Position numbers and translations under genes: made by a program | Notes under the pieces: generated by a model | Seen by the model: the letters and a program-made list of their open reading frames with translations, nothing else | What the model was told of the DNA's origin: nothing | Database searches by the model: none | Shown here: positions 1-8,314 of the stretch, in pieces | How the letters are laid out: each line of letters begins with the position of its first letter | How positions within the stretch are numbered: the first letter of the stretch is position 1 | Assembly: GCA_045577885.1 (NCBI GenBank) | Contig: JAZNJF010000508.1 | Coordinates: forward strand, 1-59,446 | Source: Thermoguttaceae bacterium | GTDB taxonomy: Bacteria; Planctomycetota; Planctomycetia; Pirellulales; Thermoguttaceae | Length of the DNA stretch: 59,446 nt | Reading direction: 5' to 3'

Positions 1-823
1 TGTGTCCGGACGCGTGCAGGGTGAACATGCCGGCTTGGCAAGCGTCCCAGTTCTTGACGCGTTGGCCCTTCGAGTACGAGCCTTCGTCGACGATGTCGAA
101 GCAGTGGCACGTCGGGCAGACGTAAGCGCAGGCGCCGCAACCGACGCAACGCAACGACAGCTTTTCCCACTCCGGCGACCCAAAGTTTTCGGTGATCCAA
201 ACGGCGACCTTTTCGACGTCGAAATCGCACGTCGGCGGAGCGCAAGCGGAACCGGTTTTGTCCGATTCGGTCGCGATTCCGGCGAAGAGCGCGGCGCCTT
301 TGTCGGTGAACGTTCGCACTTCGAACGAACCGTCGCCGAGGTCGAACAGCATCGCGTCGGATCCGGCTTGGTTGTCCGGGCCGCCGTCGACCGCCGCGCA
401 GAAGCAGTGCGCGTCCGTCTCTTTGCAGGCGAACGTAACGACCGTCGTCTTGGCGCGGCGTTGTTGGTAGAAGCGGTCTTGGTAGTCCCAACCGAAGAGC
501 GGGTCCAAAATCGGGAGCGCCGCCGCGTCGCACGGACGGGCGCCGATAATGATTTGGTCGTCTTCAAAGTCCGGCGCGTCGATCACTTCGACGTCGTTTC
601 CCTTGCGAACGAAGGTGAAAATAACTTCGTGCTTCGGGAAGAAAAATTCCTTAATCGAGTTCTGAACGCGAACTTGCGGCGCGAACGTCGCTTGCGCGGC
701 GTCGGAGATTTCTTTGAAGGAAACCAAACCGCCGTCGACGACCGGCGCGACGACGCGAGCGCCCGCGCTCAACTTGTCGGCGGCCAGTTTCTTTAATTGT
801 TCCAGCGTAACGACTTGGCTCAT
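1..823 (-). CDS. Fe-S oxidoreductase subunit, AsrA/sulfhydrogenase-beta-like. Only the N-terminal part is present; the gene continues past the window start.
   Basis: Absent from the supplied track because it has no stop inside the window. My own reverse-strand translation from the ATG at 823..821 gives MSQVVTLEQLKKLAADKLSAGARVVAPVV...GARPCDAAALPILD...LRCVGCGACAYVCPTCHCFDIVDE, with no stop down to base 2. An AGGAGG SD lies at 834-839 (rc). The start overlaps the upstream gene's stop as ATGA (820-823). Confidence 0.6.
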   Translation of the reverse strand, partial: MSQVVTLEQLKKLAADKLSAGARVVAPVVDGGLVSFKEISDAAQATFAPQVRVQNSIKEFFFPKHEVIFTFVRKGNDVEVIDAPDFEDDQIIIGARPCDAAALPILDPLFGWDYQDRFYQQRRAKTTVVTFACKETDAHCFCAAVDGGPDNQAGSDAMLFDLGDGSFEVRTFTDKGAALFAGIATESDKTGSACAPPTCDFDVEKVAVWITENFGSPEWEKLSLRCVGCGACAYVCPTCHCFDIVDEGSYSKGQRVKNWDACQAGMFTLHASGH

Positions 824-1716
824 CGAATGAATTCCTCCTTATCGTTCTCGGCGTAAGTCCCGATCAACGGCGCGGCGCCGAGTTCTTTCCCGGCGACGTA
901 ACCGAATTGTTCGTCGGCGGCGTTCGCGAGCGTCAAATTCAACAAATCGAGGTCGATCCCGGCCGGGCAAGCGGCGGAGCAGGCGCCGCAACCGACGCAA
1001 CGACCGGCCAAGTGGAACGCGCGCAGAATATTCCAAGCGAAGTTCCCTTTGAGCGTGGCCGACGTGTCGATCCGCGTCGGACGGTTTTTGTCGGCGACGC
1101 AACGGTTGCAGTAGCAAAGCGGGCAACTTTGACGGCAAGCGTGGCAACGAACGCAACGCGAAAATTCGTCGCGCCAATATTGGAAGCGCTCTTCCGGCGT
1201 TTTTTGGAGAAGCGCGGCCAACTTCGCTTGTTTCCCGGCGGTCTTGGCGTTCGGGGCGTTCGCGGCGTCGAGCTCGGCGGCCTTCGCGGCGTCGCCAATA
1301 AGAATATCGACGTTTTGCGCGGCGTGTTCGACGCACGTAACGCATTTATCGAGAAGGGTTCCGGTCGCGACGCCGGACGCGTCCGCGCCTTGGATTCCTT
1401 CGCAAACGACGCCGACAACGACGACGTTCTCGCGTTCGATTTGGCCTTCGTTCGCCAACACGACGACGGCGCGAGCGTCGCAACCTTTCACGACGATCGC
1501 CGGTTTGCCGAGCGCTTTCACTTCCGGTCGCGAAAGGTGAACGGCGAGGTTTTGACGACATTCGGCGTTCCAAACGAGGCGGTCGACTTCGTTCGGATCC
1601 GTAACGAAAACCGCTCCGACCGCGCCGCCGACGCCGACGCGTCCGTACCCGATCGCGACGTCGACGGTCTTCTCTTCGAGAAGTTTCCGAATCGCGTTTC
1701 TAAGTTGATTTTCCAT
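820..1716 (-). CDS. 4Fe-4S dicluster protein, FrhB/FdhB-like, Hdr-associated
   Basis: 298-aa ORF starting at the ATG at 1716. Cys motifs CVRCHACRQSCPLCYC and CVGCGACSAACP. It lies directly downstream of mvhD and is translationally coupled to the next gene. Confidence 0.7.
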   Translation of the reverse strand: MENQLRNAIRKLLEEKTVDVAIGYGRVGVGGAVGAVFVTDPNEVDRLVWNAECRQNLAVHLSRPEVKALGKPAIVVKGCDARAVVVLANEGQIERENVVVVGVVCEGIQGADASGVATGTLLDKCVTCVEHAAQNVDILIGDAAKAAELDAANAPNAKTAGKQAKLAALLQKTPEERFQYWRDEFSRCVRCHACRQSCPLCYCNRCVADKNRPTRIDTSATLKGNFAWNILRAFHLAGRCVGCGACSAACPAGIDLDLLNLTLANAADEQFGYVAGKELGAAPLIGTYAENDKEEFIR

Positions 1717-1811
1717 AATATTTTATCGTTTTACTCGTTAATCGTTTTGTTCGATACGCGAGGTTCGCCGTCGCCGTCGGCGGTCGAACCGTGCTTCGCG
1801 GCGGGGCGACG

Positions 1812-2261
1812 TTACTTTTCGGCGACGATCGCTTTGTAATCTTCGTAAGGGCCGAGTTCGCGGGTCTTCTCGACGATCTCGGTAACGAGCTTTTGGAACT
1901 TCGCGCCTTCGGCGGCGGAAATCCAGGAGAAGTGAACGCGGCGCGAGTCGATCCCGAGCGTGTCGAGGAGTTCGCGGAAGAGCCCCCAACGACGACGGGC
2001 GTGGAAGTTCCCGGCGGCGTAGTGGCAGTCGCCCGGGTGGCAACCGGAAACAAGCACCGCGTCGGCGCCGACCTCGAACGCCTTCACGAGGAGGTTGAAG
2101 TCGACGCGCCCGGTGCAGGGCAAACGAACGATGCGGACGTTCGCCGGGTATTCGAGGCGGTTCGTGCCGGCCAAGTCGGCGCCCAAATAGGTGCACCAGT
2201 TGCAAACGAACGCGACGATTTTCGGCTCGAAACCGCCGGTTGTTTTCGTTTCGGAATTCAT
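1812..2261 (-). CDS. mvhD: MvhD/FlxD-type [2Fe-2S] subunit (methyl-viologen-reducing hydrogenase delta-like)
   Basis: 149 aa. Motifs FVCNWCTY, RLPCTGRVD and SGCHPGDCHY. Same strand as hdrA and about 190 nt downstream of it. Confidence 0.85.
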   Translation of the reverse strand: MNSETKTTGGFEPKIVAFVCNWCTYLGADLAGTNRLEYPANVRIVRLPCTGRVDFNLLVKAFEVGADAVLVSGCHPGDCHYAAGNFHARRRWGLFRELLDTLGIDSRRVHFSWISAAEGAKFQKLVTEIVEKTRELGPYEDYKAIVAEK

Positions 2262-2452
2262 AAAAATAAGTCCTTATAATCGCGGCGTCGGTCGCCGTCG
2301 GGTCGCGCCGCTCCTTGCGAAAGCGGCGTCGATTCGGCGCGGCGACGTCGGCCAATCAACGTTTATTCCGTTTGCGGTTGGCGACGGAGCGCCCCGTCGG
2401 CTCCGCTCGACGCGGTTTCGACGAGGCGTTCGAGTTCGCCCGGTCGTCGGCG

Positions 2453-4510
2453 TTAGTCGGCCAACGACTCGACTTGCGCGTAAATTTGGTCGTCGGTGAA
2501 GCCGATGAGGTCGACCGATTTCGACGGGCAGACGGCGACGCAGGTGCCGCACCCCATGCAGAGGCCGGGGTTGACGCGCGACGTCGTTTTGACCAAATTT
2601 CCGTTGCGGTCGCGAATTTCTTCCTTCGTAATCGCTTGGAACGGGCAGGCTTTGACGCAAGCGCCGCAGGACGCGCAGAGGCGTTCGTCGACGCGGGCGA
2701 TTTCCGGTTCGCGCGTCAGGTTCGGTTGGCTCAACATGATGAGCACCTTGCCGGCCGCCGCGGACGCTTGCGCGACCGTTTCCGGAATGTCTTTCGGGCC
2801 TTGGCAAGCGCCGCAGACGAAAACGCCCGCCGCGTTCGTTTCGACCGGACGAAGTTTCGGGTGCGATTCGCTAAGGAAACCGTATTCGTCGTACCCAACC
2901 GACAGCTTTTGCGCCAGTTGCGGCGCGCCGGTCGTCGGCGTCATCGCGCACGCCAAAACGACCATGTCGGCTTCGACGACGACCGGTTTGCCGGACAGCG
3001 TGTCGGCGCCGTACACCATCAGCTTCTTCACGCCGTCGACCGTTTGCTCTTCGATCTTCGAAACGCGGCCGCGGTGGTAAATCGCGCCGTCTTGCTCGAT
3101 CGCGCGGCGGACGAACTCGTCGTATTTCTTCCCGCCCGAGCGAATGTCCATATAGAAGACGTGCGCTTCGCCGTCGTGCACCTTGTGCTTGTAGAGCATC
3201 GTGTGCTTGGCGGTGTACATGCAGCAGATCTTCGAACAGTACGTGATCCCCTTGGCGTTGTCGCGGCTCCCGACGCATTGGATGAAGACGATTTTCTCCG
3301 GAACGCGCCCGTCGGACGGTCGCAACGGCTCGCCGCCGGTCGGGCCGGACGCCGAAATAATGCGCTCGAATTGGAGCGAGTCGACGACGTCCTTATATTT
3401 GCCGTAACCGTATTCGGCGTAACCTTGAATGTTCGGGTTTTCTTGCTCTTTGCCGATGCTGTAGAGCTGGTACCCGGTCGCGACGACGATAGCGCCGACT
3501 TCGATTTCGATCAGTTCGTCTTGGTCGTGGAAGTTGATCGCGTTGGCGGCGCATTGCTTTTGGCAGATACCGCAAAGCTCTTTGCCGTTCTTCATGCTCT
3601 TGAGGCGCAGGCAGTTTTCCGCGTCGACCGTCGGGCGCGCCGGAACCGCTTGCGGGAACGGAACGTAAATCGCGGAGCGCTTGCCGAGCTTCTTGTCGTG
3701 CCCGAACCCGAGGTTGAAGTCGAACGCGTTGTCGATTTTCCCCTTCATCGGGCAAGCGTTCCAACAGGCGCCGCACCCGGTGCACTTCGTAATGTCGACG
3801 TAGCGCGCCTTTTTGCGGATCGTAACCTTGAAGTTGCCGACGAAGCCTTCGACTTTCTCGACTTCGCAGTACGTCATCAACTTGATGTTCGGGTGTTGGC
3901 CGACTTCGACCATGCGCGGCGTCAGAATGCATTGCGAGCAGTCGAGCGTCGGGAACGTTTCGGAGAGCCCCGCCATCTTGCCGCCGACCGACGGCTCTTT
4001 TTCGACGACGACGACTTCGACGCCCCCGGCCGCGACGTCGAGCGCCGCTTGAATCCCCGCGACGCCGGCGCCGATCACGAGCGCGCGCTTCGTTACCGGG
4101 ACTTTAATCGGCTCGAGCGCGTGGTTGCGACGCACCTTTTCAACCGCCATTCCGATCAGTTCGATCGCTTTCGCGGTCGCGATTTCTCGGTCGGAGTGCA
4201 CCCAAGAGCATTGCTCGCGGATGTTCGCCATTTCGACCAGATACGGATTGAGGCCCGCGTTTTCCGCCGTTTTGCGGAACGTCTTCAAGTGCATATGCGG
4301 CGAGCAGCTCGCGACGACGACGCCGGTGAGCCCGAGTTCCTTGATCTTTTCGGCGATCATATTTTGACCCGGCTCGGAACACATATACTTATAATTCAGG
4401 CTGCAGTGAACGCCGGGGAGCTTCGCCACGGCATTCGACACTGCGTCGCAATCCACGTGGCGGGCGATATTCTCGCCGCACCAACACGTAAAAACGCCAA
4501 TCTTCGCCAT
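2453..4510 (-). CDS. hdrA: Heterodisulfide reductase subunit A-like flavoprotein
   Basis: 685 aa. N-terminus MAKIGVFTCWCGENIARHVD. Dinucleotide-binding motif VIGAGVAGIQAALD. Ferredoxin motifs CTGCGACWNACP, CASCGACVKACP and CMGCGTCVAVCP. Confidence 0.9.
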   Translation of the reverse strand: MAKIGVFTCWCGENIARHVDCDAVSNAVAKLPGVHCSLNYKYMCSEPGQNMIAEKIKELGLTGVVVASCSPHMHLKTFRKTAENAGLNPYLVEMANIREQCSWVHSDREIATAKAIELIGMAVEKVRRNHALEPIKVPVTKRALVIGAGVAGIQAALDVAAGGVEVVVVEKEPSVGGKMAGLSETFPTLDCSQCILTPRMVEVGQHPNIKLMTYCEVEKVEGFVGNFKVTIRKKARYVDITKCTGCGACWNACPMKGKIDNAFDFNLGFGHDKKLGKRSAIYVPFPQAVPARPTVDAENCLRLKSMKNGKELCGICQKQCAANAINFHDQDELIEIEVGAIVVATGYQLYSIGKEQENPNIQGYAEYGYGKYKDVVDSLQFERIISASGPTGGEPLRPSDGRVPEKIVFIQCVGSRDNAKGITYCSKICCMYTAKHTMLYKHKVHDGEAHVFYMDIRSGGKKYDEFVRRAIEQDGAIYHRGRVSKIEEQTVDGVKKLMVYGADTLSGKPVVVEADMVVLACAMTPTTGAPQLAQKLSVGYDEYGFLSESHPKLRPVETNAAGVFVCGACQGPKDIPETVAQASAAAGKVLIMLSQPNLTREPEIARVDERLCASCGACVKACPFQAITKEEIRDRNGNLVKTTSRVNPGLCMGCGTCVAVCPSKSVDLIGFTDDQIYAQVESLAD

Positions 4511-4551
4511 TTAATCGTCTCGTTCGTATTAATAATAACAATGAAAACGTT

Positions 4552-5403
4552 TTACAACGTTTCGACAAATTCTTTCCAAAGCGCGTCCGGAGTCGTTTGA
4601 TACTCTTCCGCGAAAAACTTCTCGCCGTTTTTGCGGGCTCGCAGGGCGCGGTGCAATTTAATCAAAAATTCGGGGTCTTTTTCGCGAATCATCCAATCGA
4701 AAAACGTCGCGGTAATCCCGTAACCTTGTTTGTAGCTCGAGCGTTTCGGGTCGATACGCCAATGGTTGCGCGAACGCGGTTCCGAAACGTAATAGCGGAC
4801 GTAGTCGGCGATCCCTTCGGTCGTCCAAAATTCGCCGCGACGGTACGCTTGCACGACGTGCGTCGCTTCGTGAACGACGAGGCCGAAATCGTTCGGGCTC
4901 TTCTTAATCCAATTACTCGAAACGGTGATCTCGCGACCCGCCGCGTAAGCGACGCCGTCCATATCCTTGAAGACCAAGCGAATCGTATAATCGTCCGGAA
5001 TTTTCGCGACCGCGTCTTTGCCGTCGAGCGCTTCGACGATTTTCGGGAACCAGTAAATCAGGCGATTCTTCGCGGACTCGGCCCACTCGGCGGCTTCCGG
5101 CGCGTCGGTAACGTCGACTTCGACGTTAATCGTTTTGGCCGGGAATTCGCCGGTTTTCGTCCATTCGGCGCGGACGTATTCGCGGACTTGCTCCGGCAAT
5201 TTGTCGAGCGGTTCGAACGCTTCGATTCGCGTTTCGACGCCGTCGACCGTCGCGATCGCGACCGCCGGTTGGTTCTCCGTTTTCTCGAACTTCACCGAAA
5301 CGCCCTCGGGCAGCGTCGGCGCGTCCTGCGCAAAAGTCGACGGAACGACGCAAAACGCCGTCGTCGCCAATAAAGCCAATAATTTTCCGCGCGTCGTTTT
5401 CAT
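4552..5403 (-). CDS. Secreted zinc-metallopeptidase-like protein (basic-secretory-protein family-like)
   Basis: Signal peptide MKTTRGKLLALLATTAFCVVPSTFAQ. HEATHVVQ motif. The family assignment is from memory of the BSP peptidase family. Confidence 0.6.
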   Translation of the reverse strand: MKTTRGKLLALLATTAFCVVPSTFAQDAPTLPEGVSVKFEKTENQPAVAIATVDGVETRIEAFEPLDKLPEQVREYVRAEWTKTGEFPAKTINVEVDVTDAPEAAEWAESAKNRLIYWFPKIVEALDGKDAVAKIPDDYTIRLVFKDMDGVAYAAGREITVSSNWIKKSPNDFGLVVHEATHVVQAYRRGEFWTTEGIADYVRYYVSEPRSRNHWRIDPKRSSYKQGYGITATFFDWMIREKDPEFLIKLHRALRARKNGEKFFAEEYQTTPDALWKEFVETL

Positions 5404-5436
5404 CGGCGCTCCTTTTTCCTGTGCGATTTGATAAGA

Positions 5437-6396
5437 CTATTCGTTAAAATACAAGTTTTCGCGCAACAGGGCCAAGCTCTTCGGAATCGCGGTCGCCGGA
5501 TTTTCTTTTCCCTCGAACTCGAGCGAAACGAAGCCTCGGTAGTTGTATTTCCGGAAGAGTTCCCCATATTTAGCGTAATCGAGCGGAAGCGAGTACCACA
5601 AGCCGCCGCCGTAATAAGTTTTCGCCTGCACAAAATGAGCGCGCGGCAACACTTTTTCGAACTGCTCGACCGTGTCGTCGAGGAAGTTGCCGGTGTCGAG
5701 GCAACAACCGAAATACGGCGAGTCGATCGCGTCGAGAACCTTAATCAACCCGTCGGCGGTGCGCGCCAAGCCCCAGTGATTTTCAAGGCAGAGCATGACG
5801 CCGTTCTTTTCGGCGCACGGCAAAATTTTCTCGAACGCGTCGACGACCCAGTCGAACGCTTCCTCGTCGGTATGCCCCGGGAGCGGATTTTCGATCCCGC
5901 GGTGTTCCATCAACGCGTCGAAGCTGCCCCAAGAGTCCCAACGCCCGGTGTTGACGCGGATCGCCGGAATCCCCATTTCGGCGGCCAGTTCGACGCTATG
6001 TTTGGTGATTTCGATATTTTTTTGGCGCTCTTCGGCGTCCGGACGCACGAACGTTTGGTGCGTCGACATACAGCAGAGCGACAGCCCGTATTTGAACGCG
6101 TCGCGACGCAAGCTCTTCAAATACGGCATGTCGACGCGGTCGAGCTGCTTTTCCAAGACTTCGAACGCGTCGAACCCGGCGTCGGCGGCTTGGCGCAAAC
6201 ACCAATCCATCGGCGCCTTGTCTTTCGCGAAATGCCAATAGGAGTAACTCGAAACCGCGATCGGGTTCCCGCGACGCGCCCCGGACGCCGATTTCGGCGG
6301 CTCTTGCGCTTGAACGTTGTTCGCGCCGACGGCCAAGCCGGTCAATCCGAGCGCCGCGTTTTTCAAGAAAGAACGTCGATTCGCGTTGTTTTCCAT
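5437..6396 (-). CDS. Tat-exported sugar phosphate isomerase/epimerase (xylose-isomerase-like TIM barrel)
   Basis: Twin-arginine leader NRRSFLKNAALGLTGLAVGA. The body is typical of AP-endonuclease-2/xylose-isomerase-fold proteins. Confidence 0.75.
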   Translation of the reverse strand: MENNANRRSFLKNAALGLTGLAVGANNVQAQEPPKSASGARRGNPIAVSSYSYWHFAKDKAPMDWCLRQAADAGFDAFEVLEKQLDRVDMPYLKSLRRDAFKYGLSLCCMSTHQTFVRPDAEERQKNIEITKHSVELAAEMGIPAIRVNTGRWDSWGSFDALMEHRGIENPLPGHTDEEAFDWVVDAFEKILPCAEKNGVMLCLENHWGLARTADGLIKVLDAIDSPYFGCCLDTGNFLDDTVEQFEKVLPRAHFVQAKTYYGGGLWYSLPLDYAKYGELFRKYNYRGFVSLEFEGKENPATAIPKSLALLRENLYFNE

Positions 6397-6485
6397 CGCC
6401 GATTTACTCCTCGTATTCGCTAAATTTCCTCTATACTAACGGCGCCGCCGCCCGACGACGCCGTTTTTCGCCTTTTTCGCTTCGC

Positions 6486-7331
6486 CTACTTCGACAATTT
6501 CGTTTGCGTGAAGTGGCGATGCACGTCGAGTTGCGACGGTTTCAGCCCGAGCGCCATCCCGACCAAGTCGGTCAGGTAGAAAATCGGAACGTCCGCCGCC
6601 AAGCCGAGTTTCTTCGCGTCGGCTTGCTTCATATCGAGGTTGACTTGGCACATCGGGCACGCGACGACGACGCAGTTGGCGCCGGAATCGAGCGCGTTTT
6701 TCAAGATGCGATGCGACATTTGCGCGACGCCGTCCGCGTCGCAGAGCGTCAACCCGCCGCCGCAACAGACCGTCTTGCAGTTCCATTCGACCGGCGACGC
6801 GCCGAGTTTCGCAAGGAGCTCGTCCATCGACGTCGGATGTTCGAAGTCGTCGAATTTCAACGTCTTCGGCGGACGCGTCAGGAGGCAGCCGTAATAGCAG
6901 GCCGGTTTGAACTCTTCAAGTTTGCGCGTCGCTTTTTCGGCGATGGCGTCGTATCCGACCGCTTGGAAAACTTGAATCAGGTTAAGGACGTCGACCGAAC
7001 CGGAGAGCGGCGTTTCGACGATTTTTTCCATCTCGGCGCGCACTTCTTCGTTTTGAAGTTCGTCGCTCGCCTTTTTCAGCTCCATCGAGCACATCGGGCA
7101 CGGCGCGAAAAGGCGGTCGAGATTCATTTTTTGCGCGATCCCCAAGTTGCGGGCCGGAAGCGCGGTCGCCAGCTTCTTGTTGATCGAGTGCGCCGCGGTC
7201 GCGCCGCAGCAAATCCAATCTTGAAGTTCGTCGAGTTGAACGTCCAACGCCTTCAAACACGCGCGCACCGACGTTTCGTAATCGTCCGACGAACCGTGCA
7301 GAGCGCAACCCGGATAATAACCGATATTCAT
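6486..7331 (-). CDS. hdrB: Heterodisulfide reductase subunit B-like (two CCG domains)
   Basis: MNIGYYPGC...WICCGA in the first half and CYYGCLL...VCCGGG in the second. I prefer the ATG at 7331 because it avoids overlapping the hdrC stop at 7361. The ORF is open up to 7379. Confidence 0.85.
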   Translation of the reverse strand: MNIGYYPGCALHGSSDDYETSVRACLKALDVQLDELQDWICCGATAAHSINKKLATALPARNLGIAQKMNLDRLFAPCPMCSMELKKASDELQNEEVRAEMEKIVETPLSGSVDVLNLIQVFQAVGYDAIAEKATRKLEEFKPACYYGCLLTRPPKTLKFDDFEHPTSMDELLAKLGASPVEWNCKTVCCGGGLTLCDADGVAQMSHRILKNALDSGANCVVVACPMCQVNLDMKQADAKKLGLAADVPIFYLTDLVGMALGLKPSQLDVHRHFTQTKLSK

Positions 7332-7360
7332 TTTCGAAACCTCTTTCAAACGTTCGTCGT

Positions 7361-7927
7361 TCAGATTTTCACGCCGCACTTGTCGAAGATGCGCTTCACG
7401 ATCGCCTTGTCTTTAACCGGCGACCCCAGTTTGAAGTGCAACTTTTTCTTGCCCAACATTTTCGGGCCGAGCGTCGCGTCTTTGAGCGCGCCCATCAGCT
7501 CGAAACGGCTCAAGAAATGACGAATTTCGAAGTCGGCGACCATTTCCAGCTCGTTCGTGCGGCCGTTTTTGCGAACGCTGCGCAGGAACGCCTTTTGGAA
7601 CGCGACGATTTTCGCCGCTTCCGGCGACGCGCAATTTTCTTCGATCGCGATTTGACGCATCGCGTCGATGACGCCGGCGACTTCGCAAGATTTCGGGCAG
7701 CGCGCCGAGCAGGTCAAGCAGGAAACGCAGCGCCAAATCGAGTCCGATTCCGCCCCTTCGAGAACGTCGCCCGTTTGCGCGGCGCGCATCAAACGCGTCG
7801 GCGACAGCTTCATCGAAACGCCGCGAGGGCACCCCGCCGCGCATTTGCCGCATTGGTAACAGTCGTTAAGTCGCGTGTGCGCCAAAGTCTCGACGCGCGT
7901 TTTCCAATCTCGTTTCGACGTCCCCAT
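7361..7927 (-). CDS. hdrC: Heterodisulfide reductase subunit C-like
   Basis: Two ferredoxin-type motifs, CYQCGKCAAGCP and CVSCLTCSARCP. GAGGAGA SD upstream of the ATG at 7927. Confidence 0.85.
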   Translation of the reverse strand: MGTSKRDWKTRVETLAHTRLNDCYQCGKCAAGCPRGVSMKLSPTRLMRAAQTGDVLEGAESDSIWRCVSCLTCSARCPKSCEVAGVIDAMRQIAIEENCASPEAAKIVAFQKAFLRSVRKNGRTNELEMVADFEIRHFLSRFELMGALKDATLGPKMLGKKKLHFKLGSPVKDKAIVKRIFDKCGVKI

Positions 7928-8314
7928 TCCGTCTCCTCGAATATTTATTTAAAATGCTCTATAAAAGCGCGAACTATTAGACGACGCTAACTATCTCCTC
8001 CGCGCCGTTAATCCGCGATTCTTACAATTATGACGATTCATTTAATTCTGTCAAGACGAATTAAGCCGACGGAAGCCAAAAGTTCCCGTCTTATTTCTTA
8101 TTTTAAATCGCGCCGACAAAATTTTCAAGTTTTTTTGACGAAAAAATCTCCATTCTTAAGGATTTTTCAAGCGCTTCGACCGTTTCTCCGAACGATAAAG
8201 GTTACTACGCGCTTAGGTTCGTCGCTTTCTTAAAGGATAACGAGCGTTCCTTAGGCGCCGTCGTTTTTGCGTCCGCTTTCGTCCCGTTTCACCCCAAAAT
8301 CGAGAAATCAACGA

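Noticed and set aside
2315-4600. 761-aa + strand ORF, and many similar ones (2..796, 8593..10089, 12205..13584, 13684..15408, 21635..23329, 24804..26051, 26642..27868, 28050..29933, 30090..31439, 33943..35631, 35880..38108, 39917..42973).
   Set aside because: All are Arg/Asp/Val-rich low-complexity translations lying exactly antisense, or out of frame, to genes with clear family signatures. They are a by-product of the stop-codon-poor CpG-rich composition.
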